NCBI GenBank assembly: GCA_002633005.1
Contig: NMRA01000597.1
Location: forward strand, 53,988-117,987
Length of the DNA stretch: 64,000 nucleotides
Source of the DNA: Phoronis australis
Taxonomy: Eukaryota > Animalia > Phoronida
Direction of reading: 5' to 3'
A program made the translations under genes and the position numbers. Position 1 is the stretch's first letter, and each line of letters opens with the position of its first letter. Positions 11,870 to 25,003 of the stretch are shown here, piece after piece. Under the pieces are notes generated by a model. The model ran no database searches. It was not told the origin of the DNA and saw only the letters and a program-made list of their open reading frames with translations.

Positions 11870-13890
11870 ATGGTGAAATGGCTTGCAGCCGTGCCAACTG
11901 AATCTGAGATTGCGTAAAAAGGGTGCTTCTATGAGAGGAAGTAAGCACGACCTCATACAAAGGTAAGGTTTGTGATTATTTTAACGATTATTCCATGATT
12001 ATTCTACCGATGCCTGTTAACTGAGGCACTCGCCGATGTCGACTTCGCGGCAGTCAGTCGCCAGCCAGAGTCTGGTTAATCTTTGTATGTTGTGATATGT
12101 GATACGATACTTGACGTAGCAATCGGGATCTTTTCGTACATCAAAGCATTATTATTGTTTGGAATGATTTCTAAAAGTTTATCAGTGACAGTTACATCAA
12201 TCAATGCTGAATGTTTATGCTGTCAACTCGATACAGGTTAATGAGTTAAGATTACAATCCAATCCCAATGGCAAAGGGTACGTGAGTGATAAATATCCAT
12301 TGCATTAGACTATTTGTTTACTCCCTATCATATGTCTTCTGGAAATCTATTACACGTTGAAATGGAAATCTATCACGTCAGTTTTCACGTAACCTTTGGT
12401 TTTTAGGTTTGAAGGCTTGTACCGTGCAGAGGAGATATGCATCGCTTCTGCACCGTCCCTGAATGGACAAAAATTGGTTTTTAGCATTTGACTGCAGCTA
12501 ACCAACAAGATCTTCCCATCCAGTGCAGATCTGTTGTCAAAGCCTACTTTCAATATTGGAGACAACGAACAAAGCCTTTGAAAAGGAACAGCTATTTTTA
12601 AAGTCATTTTGTTAAATTACTTATTCAGGTCCCGAGGGGGGATTGGCATGGGGGGTTGTAATATTTGGTACAACTGAATGTGTGGAAATAACAGGTAATA
12701 CATGTTTGGGGAAAAGAGCATGGTGAGGTAATTCTTAACCTTCACGAAGTCCCTTCAAGTTGATTTCATGAAACTGTTTTGCTACTTGTATCAATTGTAA
12801 AACCACGAAAATATATTACATTTTCCGAATTCACAGTGACTGAATAGTCTTAACTCATGCCTTGAAATGTTGCAAGTCGTTATAAATTCAAATGACTGCC
12901 ATTTTTGTGAAAATTGCATTTTTGATGGTGCCTTACGATTTGTAATTACTCTTAAACAACAGAAAGATTATCCATCATTTTTAAATGACCCAAGTCTTCA
13001 TATCTTCTATTAGAAGAAAAACGGTTCCCTCAACCTTAGGCTAGAAGTATGCTTGACAGACCCATGAACCTGTAATCTGAGTTTAAAATTGCTGAAAGTA
13101 TCAAAATTAAAAAGGCTTGAAAATGGGTAACAAAGGTTTGAAGTTGTCTCAAAAAACTTGTATATTTTACAGACAAGTGATGCGTTTAAAGAATTGTTAT
13201 GGCTAGGGATAAAAAATAAAGACACAGTTTTATGCAATACTCATTATATACACCCTTGGTTTCTGAAAATAGTAATTATTTACTTTTATGTGAAACTGTA
13301 GACCAATCACCATATATTTTTGAAAAACAGGGATAACATTTTTGATCCAATCTGGAGTACTTAATTATTCATATTTCAATATTTGTTCCAGGTTCAGTGA
13401 CATTTTAAGGCCACTTCAAGCTGTATCATAGACAAGCTTTGTTACTCCGTTCTCTTCCCACAGCACTTCCACACACCAGCAGTGCTGCATGGCACAATGT
13501 GCAAGTCAGTGGCCCTGGAGAAATGTGAATCGCAGTACTAAGTTACCATAAGACAATGTGCCAGTGGAGTGTCTGTGTATCCAGACGAACTATATCTGAC
13601 TGCTACACAAATAAGCCTTGTTGGTGAGGATGCCCTTTCATAGGCAATGAGTCATGTGTGGACAATAGCTTATTTCCTTTCCTGGAAGAAACATGAGGGA
13701 CTGAAGCTAAAGAAGACCTAGTCACACTCTGGTCTAGTTCAGAGTCTGATTTTGGGCTCAAAACGATTCAAGTGATATGCTGCTGTGTTTACCTTCAAGG
13801 GTCTAATTGTGGATGTTATTGAGGCTGAATGAGGTTACATGAAAGAAAGCCACGTGTTGAAACTGGACCTTTTTTACAAGCGCTTCTATA
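11870..13890 (+). pseudogene. Spliced SAP-domain / YqaJ-like (lambda exonuclease family) gene relic
   Basis: Exon 11870-11962 LRKKGASMRGSKHDLIQR|GTAAG (SAP-like). Exon from about 12408 PEWTKIGF...VKAYFQY. Exon about 13392-13890 PAVLHG...GVSVYPDELYLTAT...CPF...GLKLKK...VQ...AAVFTFKGLIVDVI...LKLDLFYK. Many stops and frameshifts. Confidence 0.75.
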
Positions 13891-13959
13891 GGCCATTGAA
13901 ACTAGAACCCAGTGAAATGAAAGCCAAAAGCTGAGTGACATTAAATTTTCCTTTCAGAA

Positions 13960-15196
13960 GAAAGGCTTTATACTATTGGTAAAAACTTTTCAATTTGGTA
14001 CAGATTATGGGGAAATGACATTCAGTGACTGCATCGATTGTCTTATTGTATGTTTTCAATTGTAGCTAGCTGGATAAGAATCTGCTATGCACAAGATTCG
14101 AGAATAAACAATTATCAGTGTATTTAAAAACAAATGGCAAACTGAAAAAGCACAGAAAGAAACAACATTGCGAGGGAGTCCATAATCAGGCATATCAGGT
14201 GCTGAATTTCTGAATTACGTTCAATTCTCTCAGGTTATTGCTGAAGGATTGCTTTTCACTTTGTCCAACGGTGAAATAGATGGTCAGGCGGTTGGTTTCA
14301 GTTGTTTTTTCTTGCCTGTAACAGAATAGAAATATTAGCAAATTGTAAAAGAAAAGACAAGACAAAACTACTTTTGTAAGGCAGAACATACTTGACATTT
14401 CATCTTCATGTTTATGTGTAGAAACTAATAACCTTTGTACCCAAGTCTTATTTAATATCTGAATTAAAATATGTGAAACAGGCTAAAAGTGATTTAACAA
14501 TGTGTATTTTTCATGACACTTAAAATGTGCTTCTGATCTCAACAAGTAAAATTCATTCTAGGTGTCAATTTTTTTCCAATGCAATGTTACGACATTTACT
14601 GAATTAAGGCTTATTCATGTTAATTCGATAACTGAGCTGGTGGTCCTGGGGGTGGGGTCCACGATAAAATAAGGAAACTCACTCATCTAGAGAATTTTAT
14701 TGGAAACAGCATAGTTTTGAAGAGAAACTGCTGTGAAAAAGTCACTCTTGACTTCTGTGCATCACGTACCATACACCTCTTATTTTGGGAGCACTCCCAC
14801 CCAGGACAATATGAATATGTGCTGCTAGCCTACCCGGCATCGGGTGAGTTTCCAAAAAGAAACACTTAGTTCCACTCAATAAAACTGTTATTCAGTGGGG
14901 TAACTGGTGGGGATAACATCACCGAACGATGTTGATAGAAACTGATTGCTAAAAACTTACCAAGTAATGTTGTGTAGTCTCCGAATGGAACTGCATAGTC
15001 ATAGACATAGAGCACACACGGGGCTTCAGCATCCACACACTTTTTGTCAGTTAGTTGACCCTGTTGACCGCAGTTGTCCACGAATATAGTAACCTTAGGT
15101 CTTTTGGGAATTTGTGGCCACCTGTCGAAGACTTGCACCAGGGAAATTAGCAGTAATAAGGCTTAGCTCGACGACGTATTTTGACAAAAATTCCAT
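13960..15196 (-). pseudogene. THAP-transposase relic, internally deleted
   Basis: About 15165-15009 KPYYC*FPWCKSSTGGHKFPKDLRLLYSWTTAVNRVN*LTKSVWMLKPRVCS; next exon at about 14316 GKKKQLKPTA*PSISP; weak trace of a DDE C-terminus near 14050-14100. Confidence 0.7.
14644..14804. mobile_element. Short MITE nested in the ISL2EU-type element
   Basis: CCTGGGGGTGG...AAAATAAG and CTTATTTT...CCCACCCAGG form imperfect inverted ends. Confidence 0.45.
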
Positions 15197-18100
15197 CTTT
15201 TCTACATGCAGACAGCCACGCATGCGCAATTCAATCACCACTAGTACAGCAGCGACACCGCGAGGAGAATTCTCCGAATAGCCCCATTCAAACAAAACTA
15301 GAATAGAAATAACAGAAATAATTCTGAGTAAAAAATTGAAACTCAGGTCCCAGGTGTTAATTTCATAAAGGTTTATGCTTTCGCTAGGCAGTGAATGTGC
15401 AACTTGAATGGTATTCGGGTCTTTAGTAACCTATTCCCATAGCAACACTGGTGTAGTCAGAATTATTCAAGAGGTTGCTAAACGTGAAATTGTTGGCAAC
15501 CAATGGCTGTAATGTGAGGCAACGTGGAGGCACTGCATGAACAGGGGACAGGGACAGAGAAGCTAGGCAAGAACAAAACTGAAATGAGTTTCTATCAGGG
15601 GAAGGCGCTGTAGTGCGCCCACGGCTATGTAAATGCCCAGGCTATCACTAAACTAAACCATATTTCTAATCAATACATCAGCAAAATCAAGTTCCCAAGG
15701 GTTAGATAAATTTCTTGGCATGTTGTTTGTTTTGTAGCTTATGAGTATACTATTTCTAGGAACACATTAATGATGTCAACATGAGGGTGTTTGCCAGTGC
15801 GAATGTTCTGAAGCATTTCACACTGCCCAACTCTTGCCACGAGGAGGCCCCCTCAGTAAGAGTCAAATTTGTAATTTTGAAAAACTGTTCGAAAAGACCG
15901 AAATGTTGACTGAAATCACTGCTGTATTACGTAGATCATAAGCACAAGAATGAAACACTTGTATGTTGCTCAAAACACTAAGTAAAACAAAATGGTAATT
16001 GTAACATACAGGGCACCTCCCTTTGAGAACCAGTGTTTTCTACTGTATAACAGGAACCTGTTTTTCACTGAATAGCAGGCGTTAAAACTTGTTCTCAAAA
16101 TTTGGATTGCCAGTGAGTGACTATTGCCTGGATAACAATCCAACCCACCTAATGCACAAGAAACCGTCGATTTGGGTCAAGTGACCCAACTTAAAATCTT
16201 TGAGGTATCCTGAGCTCCCAATTTTGAAATGTGAGATGTTTTTGCAACTAGTAGTGATTTTAACGAACCAGGTTTTTAAAGTTTGCTTGCTTACAATGTC
16301 GAACTCCGGGATGCTTTGATTACAGTGAACCTTAGTAGTTTCAGAATGTTTTAGAATGGTTCTGAGATCTTAATTTGCAATTAGACTGAAATTAGTAGAT
16401 TGTTGCAAACTCTACAACACTTGACATCATGTGAACGTGGAAAGAAAAAATGAAACAATCGACGAGTCTGGGTCCAGGAGAGAGGAGACTTGAATAGATT
16501 TCATATGACCAAATGTGACACTCTGATCAGTGACTCGGGCATTGCAAAAGTCACCATGAAAGGGTGAATTTCCAAATACATTCCACACAAAAATATTTAC
16601 TCTTTGGTTGGAACTGTATAAAACGATCCATTTTAGCACCAAAACCACTGAAGGTTTCATATGCAACTGATGTTTGTTGTTTTAAAAAGAATACAGCCCA
16701 GAGTTTTTTTGCTGAAATTCAATTCCCTGTGAATAATACTGCTGACTATACAAACGAGTGTGTATAATCCTCCGAAATAATTGAATACTCCGTACAACTG
16801 TAGGATGGCAGTCAGAGGCACTGCTGAATAGCACCTCCAAAAGCGATGTCAATCATTATAAAACTATTGTTAGACTGGTTAATGTTTGTGTGTTTAGGAT
16901 CATTGACTGTATTTTTATGCTCCTAACTTCGGGGGTAGTGACAAGTGTGCCAGTGTATTATACATTACAATGACAATACGACAATGTCAATGTCATGAAT
17001 AGCAGTATTTCAGTATGTCCTTATCTGACCCAATAATTCAACTCCACGCTAATCACAGGAGCTTACATAACGTAAATGAACATGTTAACATACGAGAAGG
17101 TGTGCTCTGAAAAGATCGAAGCAATCTCCCATGGCCACGACTCACTCAGCTACTCCTTTCCCGCTATTCGGTGCTTTAGTGTGCCTAAAATGACTGTTGT
17201 TGTGGATGGCCTAATCAGCTAATGACCATCTCTTCCACAAATTATTTCGTAAAAAATCACATCACATCAGAATTCAGCATAGTATAAAAGATAATAATTA
17301 TCCTTAAATGTTTCGTATACGTTACTGGTGATGTATTCCTTGACTCCTTAGCTTTGAAATGCGGGAGTTTGACGAGAACAGAGCTGTAAATCCATCGACA
17401 TTCCCTTACTGGAAGTTGCCATGTTGGTGAACTAGTTTGAGCAATTATTCAACTGACCAATAGAATGCCTTGTTTCTTGAAATCGGAACAGCCAATGATG
17501 TTCCAAAAATGCATATGGAAAAGTGCGCTGTAGCAGACTCCAACCAACCTCTAGGGTCTGTGCAGGAGACTAGAATGTTTTCACGCCAAGCAGACGACTT
17601 TTGAAGGGGAAAGGTAATAACACAATACTTATCTGACATTTGATTGGTTGTTCGGATCATTTTGCACTGACACCTGGTGGCTAACACTTTAGTTGAGGTT
17701 ATATTTTTTCCAACTTTTAAATTAAAATTCTAGCTAAACGTGGAAGTCTATTCTTGGGAACTTTTTGAAATTGACTTTTGAACATCTGTTGATGGGTTTA
17801 ATGCAAAGTTCCCGTTGCCCCCCAGAAAGTGGTCACGGAGGTGAAAGATAGGAGAGCTGGGACTATGCTACGCTGACGACAACATTGTTGCTGAACATTA
17901 CGGCGCGCGTGATCTTACGTCCTGGACAATTTATTCAAAAGCGCTTATTGTGAACTTGGAGTGGCATTGACTTGACAATGATGAGTAGTTATTTTGCTCT
18001 GTTCTGGGCATCTTAAACCCCAAAACGTAGCCGATGTGATCCGGGATAAAAATGGTGAGCACGAAGTCAGGCGTATTTGCGATCTGTTTGGGCTGGTTTC

Positions 18101-18230
18101 CACCACGACTATCAGACGAATGCGTGAGTTCGTAGAAATGGGGAAACGGTTAAAGTAGACAACCTGCCAAGTGCTCTGTGACAACTGGTCCTCTGCATTA
18201 AGACGCTTCCTTGCAGTACAAATGAATGTG

Positions 18231-18448
18231 CCAGCGCCCACCCAGCCTAAAATATAAGGGGGCTCGAATTTTTGACAATGTGGACCTTTTACGACCAAAA
18301 CAACGGGGTACTAAAAATGGGGTACCACATGTGAATTGTGCATTCGCGCCTTTTTAGTGGACTTTTGTCTAGTTTTCTCGGACTTTTTGCCCACTTCGAC
18401 CAATAGTGGGCTCGTTCGAGCCCCCGAGCACCTCTGGGTGCTCTCATG
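18231..18448. mobile_element. MITE, CATGCGCGCACCCAG family, 5-bp TSD
   Basis: Degenerate TIRs CCAGCGCCCACCCAG / CTGGGTGCTCTCATG; ATGTG on both flanks. Confidence 0.8.
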
Positions 18449-18607
18449 ATGTGAACGAGAATTCAGCGAAATGAATCGGACAATAAAAGACGAACGCTCT
18501 TGTTTTCTATTAGAAAGTACCTCCAGCTCCTTGTTTGGCCATGTTCCATCCACAACCTTATGATAAAACGTAGATAATTCGACAACACTTTTTTCTAAAA
18601 AAGACAG

Positions 18608-18735
18608 GTACATATATATATATAGATTATTACATGGCAAAGTTGTTATCCCCCGTTATCTAGAGCTCGAGTGAATTTTGGGGAATTATCGCCCGAGAGG
18701 CGTTAGCCCGAGGGTGATAATTCTCAAAATCCATA
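18608..18735 (+). repeat. Truncated left end of the hairpin (Crypton-like) element family
   Basis: Matches 31577-31683 (TTACATGGC..GTTATCCCCCGTTATCTAGAG...CCCGAGGGTGATAATTCTC) and the start of the 22030 copy. Confidence 0.8.
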
Positions 18736-18929
18736 CGCAGCACAACACAACGACGTACAGAACTGTGCAAAAAAGTGAGAAAGCATTTCATTGCTACATC
18801 CAAGTTAAAAAGTACCACTTAAATCTCTGTTTTGGCATCTGCTCAACTCTCTGGCTCCCTTCATGTTTCAAAAACACATTTCCAATCTTCCCATGTGTTT
18901 GTATCATTAAATTTCCGTGTGTTTAACGA

Positions 18930-19430
18930 AGCACTAACTTCTACATTAAAACAAACCCTCAAATTTGTTTAAGACATCTTGAATTAGGCTTAACGTTAGC
19001 AAATTTCATTTTAAAGATGAAAATTTTAGTTTGTAAAAGTAGCCAATTCAAAATTCTATTCTGTTCATTTTGAAGACCAAATATTATGGTGGTTTTGTCT
19101 ATTTCAAAATTTGCTTGCATTGCAGTCATTAACCAGAGACGTACCCCATGCCAGAAAGAATTAACATATTCACATTCAAAGAATAAATGTTCTAGAGTTT
19201 CGGGAAAGTATTTACAAAAAATACAAACATTTGAGTCCACATATCTAATCTTATTTAAAAAATAATTAGTAGTTAGAATTTGATGCAGTAAGCGGAATAG
19301 AACTGAAAGGAAAGCAAGGTTGTGTCATTCGTACATTCACGTGGAAGTTTGTAATAGAAATTCCACATCTTTTCTGATAGCGAAAATCCTAATACTTCGA
19401 ATTTCTTTTGTGCCGATGGTATTATGTCAT
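18930..19430 (-). mobile_element. L1/Tx1-type LINE 3' fragment (zf-RVT region)
   Basis: ...LPRECTNDTTLLSFQF...CIFCKYFPETLEHLFFECEYVNSFW...TTIIFG...ILNWLLLQTKIFIFKMK. Confidence 0.85.
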
Positions 19431-20271
19431 TTTGCACAGAATATGGTAAGAATGCCGACATGAAACTAAGAAAAGAACAGGGTTCCGACAAAAAGTTTGT
19501 GCAGGATTCTGTAACATAAAACACTATCTTTGGAGTGGTCACTGGTGTTTTACTAACTATGAAATTAAATTTAAAAAAATAAGAACGGCTGCTTGCAACA
19601 AAACTATGCTTCAAGTTTTTGCATTACATAGGAGTGCATACATGTGTGCACATTCTACCGGGCACATAGTGTTTGAAGCTCATTGAAACATGGTGTTTGG
19701 GTAATTAGTCTTTGAAGCGTACGGAGTAATATATGTTCGCCGAGTAATGAAATTTTAGAGTAATATTTCAAGATAAAGTAAGAGTTATTGTGTCACACCA
19801 TAGGCGGATAAAGGGGGAACTAATGGTTCCGAAGTCACACCACACGGGCGACTAAGTAAGGCCGCCATCAAATCGTTTCTGGGGGTTGCGCACCTATTTT
19901 CCTTTAAAATTTTGTCTGCCCGCCCTCCTTCATAGACCTCATGGAATGCACGAGGCCTTCCTATTATGTGTGGTTGAGCCGCTTTGTGCGACATCCTAGA
20001 TTCGCCACTGCAGACGTACTCGAAGTAAATACCCACTCATGAGTCAAAAAATAGGCGTGCATGTGTTTGTGTCGGGTTTTGTGAATTCAAAGCACTTTTA
20101 GAATTCAGTGCTCAAGGTGATACGGAGGGCATTGGGCGCCTACTTAACCCCAATTTTACCACTAAAGCACAACAGGACGCCAGTTGGGGAACACAGGGAT
20201 CAGGAATATAGTGACGACTGGGAACAGCTGTCTCGAAGCTTGAAAAATCTAGCCAACATCACGTGTTCTGG

Positions 20272-20468
20272 TTTAAAATATACGGCAGTATCTCACGTAT
20301 CTCGCGAAGTATTGCTTTTTAGCGAGGTCCTTGCGTGTGTCCTAGCGTTGCTGAACTCTGCTCTGGTCTACTCACCGTTGAGCGCAGAATAATACTCAAG
20401 GTGATCTTGATAAAATAAGATGGCGGTGTAAAAGACGCCACACTGAATCAAAACTCGGGCACATATTC
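20272..20468 (+). repeat. Dispersed repeat of about 190 bp
   Basis: TTAAAATA(T/C)ACGGC...TCTCGCGAAGT...TTTTAGCGAGGTCCT...GGCACATAT recurs at 33314-33490 and partly at 60547-60615. Confidence 0.7.
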
Positions 20469-21172
20469 TTAAATTTACCTGTACAGATGTATTTCCCAGA
20501 CAGTCTTAAAGAGTAGTAGTATGTTTCCCAGACAGTCATATGTAATAGTTCACTGCTCCAAGGGATTGGTAGCCATTTTCCATTGTTTGGTGGGCGTTGC
20601 TAAGTTCAAGATTGTGGCCACAGCGTCAGTTTAGTTTAAAGTGCGGAAGAATTGGGGTGATTTTTAAGAATCCTCCACGAAGTGAGGACCTTGTCTTATA
20701 CTATATTTTTACTACGTCATACTAGTTTTGTAGAAGCATTGTTTGAAGCGTAGATTGAAGAACGTGTTAGTTTATGCACAGTATTCTATGAAAGCAGTGT
20801 TAATCATGACTCAAGTCATAATGTGTCTGTTCAGTGAAGTTGTTTTTTGAATTAATGCATACAGTACACAGATAATTGCAAGGTTGAAATCTGAAATAGT
20901 CTAGCCTACTACTCATGCCAGTAAATAATTTGAGAATTTGTGATTACACGTTTCGGATTTTTTTGTACATTTAGTATATCTAGGCATTTACTCAACAATC
21001 TGTTATTGCGTTATGATAGCAATAGTCTTGCTACTGATGACCTATATACCACTTCTCAGTCGTTAAGATATTATAGTATTCTGAATTGAATTTGCTAATT
21101 TCATTTTAGACCGACTAAAAACGTTATACGATTTGGAGGTACTTTGGTGTTCCATCGACGGCACAGTATTTG

Positions 21173-21852
21173 CAGGCCCGTAGCCAGCATTGCGCGGAGG
21201 GTGGTTCGAATTTCTAAAGCGGGGGACCTTTTGATCATGTTTCGCCACTTTTTCTGTAGCGCCGTTAGGCAGCTAAACCCGGCACAAGGGAAATCCGTAT
21301 ACAGAACGATGACTCTTGGTGGCTTCATTTTTATGAGATAACAAGGTGTTCGTAGGCCTTATCCAGGAAATGATGACGCCATGACGAATACTCGCAAAAA
21401 TGGGACCAAATTCGGATGTATTTTGGTCCACAAAAGTCTCTTTCTGGATTACTGGGTATTACCCTCTGCCAAACTTTCGAACCATGCATGCTTTTAACAA
21501 TGAGTGATTGTGCTCCATCACATATTATTAGGACAGAAACATCTAGTCTGAGAATGACTTTAAGAATTTTTTGTCAGGTTACTTAAGTTGCTCGTAGTGA
21601 TGCGGGGAAATGGGAACAGCCCACTACTGACTCGGAAGTCATTACTCCAAAGGTTAACTACCCCAGTAATGTTTAAAATTGCGGACTGAAGTGTAATTTT
21701 TACACTTCCATATTAAAAATACGCATTTCGATCGGTTTAGACGGATTGGCGTACCTATAGTAATGAAAATGAGAACAACGCCTGGGTATTAATAAATGTT
21801 AACTGTTTGAGTTTCTTACCTGTGCGGAAGTGGGCTCCAAAGCCACGGCCTG
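21173..21852. mobile_element. MITE of the CAGGCCCGTAGC family (short copy)
   Basis: Starts CAGGCCCGTAGCCAGCATT...GGTTCGAATTTC like the copy at 41230 and ends GCCACGGCCTG; internal similarity to about 41345-41580. Confidence 0.65.
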
Positions 21853-22029
21853 AAATGAAATACCTTCGTGCCCCCGATGTTGTCCCTGTTTTAAAAATGA
21901 GTTGTGTTAGAATCAAAAATCGCGTTTGAGAAGGATTGGAACGGAGCTCATTTGCAAACAAAGCAATCAATAATTTAAGCACTATATTAATTTTTGTACT
22001 TCCTTTAAATGGTCACTAAATAGACACAG

Positions 22030-22773
22030 ATACATATAGATTATTACATGGCGAAGTCGTTAATAATCTCTGTAATAATCTATTTATACCACATACTAAA
22101 CAAGAAACATTGCACTGAATCGATTTACCTTTTCTGACTCTCCACGGTTTTGTAACTACTTTCTATGTCAGAGGCCCGGGGTCGGAGGTCGTGAACTTTT
22201 AAGAAAAGCCAGGCTATTTTTGTCAAATAATGCTTTTACTCAAAACCAATTGAAAACTTAAATATAACAGAAATAAGTTGAATTTATAAATTAAGGTTTA
22301 CCAACTATTATAGCTTAAAACACGTTTTTTCACGCTAAGCTTCGACCGGGAAATTATCGTCTGCTAAAGTAGGTTACCACTGGTAACTGAATATAATTCT
22401 CAAGTCAGAGATCCTGACGACACGATACCTGCATTCAAACTGGAGATCGGTGATTTACAAGTAAGAGGACATGAGAGAAAAATTTCACTGAATTAAGATA
22501 TCATTTTTATGGAAATTATGTGTCTTATTTCTCGTAGCGTATAAGTACAGTACAATGCGGTTTGTTGAACGTGCGATTATTGCGCGTGCTCATTTAAGTA
22601 TTCTATTTTCACTCTTCTTGACGTCAGTCGCTGTATGGTGTAGTGGTAAAGTCGGCGACCAGGAATTCCAAGGTCCCGGGTTCGACTCCGTCCTCGGTTT
22701 CCCGCCAAATCGTTATCTCACTAGTGGGTTATGACACGGTTGTACTTGCCATTTGACGCTAATATTATGGTAT
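22030..22773 (+). mobile_element. Hairpin/Crypton-like non-autonomous element, copy lacking the large hairpin
   Basis: Closely similar to 31577-32435 over about 700 bp, but the ~120-bp palindrome is replaced by a short TAATAATCT duplication. Confidence 0.8.
22627..22700 (+). pseudogene. tRNA-like sequence (Pol III A/B boxes) inside a repeat
   Basis: TGGTGTAGTGGT (A box) and GGTTCGACTCC (B box) at tRNA spacing; acceptor and anticodon stems pair poorly. Confidence 0.6.
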
Positions 22774-24194
22774 AAAATAGTTTATGAGAATTTAAGCATT
22801 ATTTTTGCACACTCTTTAAGCGGTTACTAAATGGACACAAATACGATAGTTTATGAGTGCCAGTTCCGCCGAGCAGACATTTAGAGTAGTATTAACAGTC
22901 GGATTCAGTTGCGAGTAGGGTTTGCAATAGTGGACCTTAGCAGCAGTGTTACGTAATTGTGGAACTCTCTTTCATCGAGTGGTCTGTATAAGAGACATTG
23001 ACTTTCTCGTGACATTTAGGCTAAAGGGGACAAGCTTATGTAAAAGAAAAGACTAGAGGCTCTGACAACTAACAGCAAGTGTATTACAAACAGCAATCTA
23101 ATAATAATATATAATGAGGACATGGTTCAATCAGTGCTGTAGTGGTAAAATTAGAGGTAAGTAGGTGCCTAAAGTCCACCGCATCACATTGATCACTGAA
23201 CGTTCAAATGCCAAAATGTGGTTGGCTGCGCCTACGTGCGCCTACGCCCCACTACAGCACTGAGTTCAATCATAAACAAACAAGACACCTAAACGATGAA
23301 GCAGGCTTTTGTTCAATCTAAATAAATCACATAATCCAGTATAAATATGTTTACCAGAAAGAAACAAAATATGTGCATGCAACATAAGAATATGAGGCCA
23401 GGAATAATTGCACCCCAAAAGCAGATTTGAGACTACTACATAAAAGTAATTTTTCTTGAGACAGAGGACAGTACAAAAAATGACATTGCACTTAAAGCCA
23501 ACTACCGCATGCACGTTTGCGTGCCGCTCACAATATGCGACTAATCAGCAATTCGTGTGTTTAAATTGTGCAAACCAGTCGCAATTTTGGGTCTTTGAAA
23601 ATACAGTAGAACGTACATGTAGTTGTGGTACCAGTAATATCTGGGTAGTGACAGTGACTAAAAAGGATTTAAAAACACAAAAAACAATTTGAAAAGACGA
23701 GAAAATAAAAATCCCTTGTCCGCCATAGGGTGTAATTTAATATCAAAATAATGTAAAAACATCAATGAGGAGGTACGAATTTTAAACAGGATATTTCGAG
23801 CTTAGCACCCTTTATCAATGCGTCCACCTGAAAGATATAGCAACAATCATTCAGGGGCAGACATTAACTTAAAGCGTTTGATAAACAACAGCTCTGTTAT
23901 CAGATTTCTTTCTAAAGCTTGGATAAGTTTTATGTAACCACCATGCACAACACAGTACAGTATTTCTACAGACCGGGACAATGTTTGCTGACCTCTCCAA
24001 AACAAAATAATACCACAGGTACAGACAAAAGTACTTGCTCACATTGCAATCTGTACAATCAAATAAATAATAAAACGGAAGAGCTCTGAAGAACGACACT
24101 TGGTGACATCGAATAAAAGTTTAAGGTGAGATCGACTGCGAAACCAAGAACAAGCATGACCCCTATGCTTATTACACTAACCCTTACAAAAATG

Positions 24195-24510
24195 ATCTTA
24201 AGTTTTTCTATAAAAACTTAAGTTTTTGGCGGAAAACTAAAGTTTTCGGAAAATAACATATTTTTGAAGGAAAGTTTTAGTTTTTAAAAGAAACTTAAGT
24301 TTTTCGTCAAAAATTTAAGTTTTTCAGCACCATCTTAAGTTTTTCAGACAACTTAAGTTTTTCAAGTATAAAATTTAAGTTTTCATGAATAAACTGAAGT
24401 TTTTTATTTAAACTTAAGTTAATCGTACTATCAGGACTTACGTTGTTCTGGTTACTTAGGTTTTTCACAAATCTTTTAAAGTATGGAAAACTTAAGTTTT
24501 CTGAAAACTA
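24195..24510. repeat. Degenerate minisatellite of palindromic AAAACTTAAGTTTT units
   Basis: More than ten imperfect copies at roughly 19-21 bp spacing; probably the subterminal array of a non-autonomous DNA transposon. Confidence 0.8.
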
Positions 24511-24764
24511 TAAGGCATGTGTATGATCAAAATTCACGTTTTACGTTTTGAAAATTTGAATATTGTGTGATATTTAGTTTTTATTTTTCGCAGTTTTCCC
24601 AATTTTTCCAACAAAAAAGTTTTGTTTCGCTAATGCAAAACCTATTATTCAATAAAAAATATACTCATGTAAAATGGACAAATTCGTTGCCCTAAATTTT
24701 TTCTTAATATTCATAAAAAATTTAGGAAAAGAAACACAAGTGCCAGGAGAAACAGGTAGGGGAA

Positions 24765-25003
24765 TTGTATTTTTCTCAAATGTTATTTAGTGAGGATAAG
24801 ACATGTTCAGAAAATGTATTATGGTTGAAGCGTTGTCTCAGGACCAAACCAGTTTTCCTAGGTTTGGTATATTTATCTCCCAAGGGATCCAGTGAATTTG
24901 CGGTTGAACTTGTTTTTGGTTGTATTGAAAACGACATTGCTATGTTTACCTGTAAGTACCCAGGTTGTGACATAATTTTGTTTGGCGACATGAATGCCCG
25001 CAC
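24765..25003 (+). mobile_element. CR1/L2-type LINE apurinic endonuclease fragment, part 1
   Basis: ENVLWLK...FLGLVYLSPKGS...IENDIAMF...IILFGDMNART. Confidence 0.85.

Larger units (their letters stand above)
11778..15285. mobile_element. ISL2EU-type DNA transposon relic (3.5 kb) with two convergent genes
   Basis: TIR GGTGCTATTCGGAAAATCT / AGAATTCTCCGAATAGCCCC with an AT duplication in a GAATTC target. SAP/YqaJ relic on +, THAP-transposase relic on -. Confidence 0.85.

Noticed and set aside
14866-15138. FVDNCGQQ as a Sola-type catalytic motif
   Set aside because: Another frame of the same DNA gives a much clearer THAP domain within a TIR-bounded ISL2EU-type element.
15700-17300. Possible decayed transposase or exons
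   Set aside because: One moderately long open stretch near 16110-16360 on the minus strand, but no recognisable motif, termini or splice chain.
22627-22700. Functional tRNA gene
   Set aside because: A and B boxes are present, but the acceptor and anticodon stems do not pair well and the anticodon region differs between the two repeat copies.
24195-24510. Regularly spaced palindromic repeats resembling a CRISPR array
   Set aside because: Units are degenerate and nearly adjacent, with no unique ~30-bp spacers and no cas genes; the context is eukaryotic.
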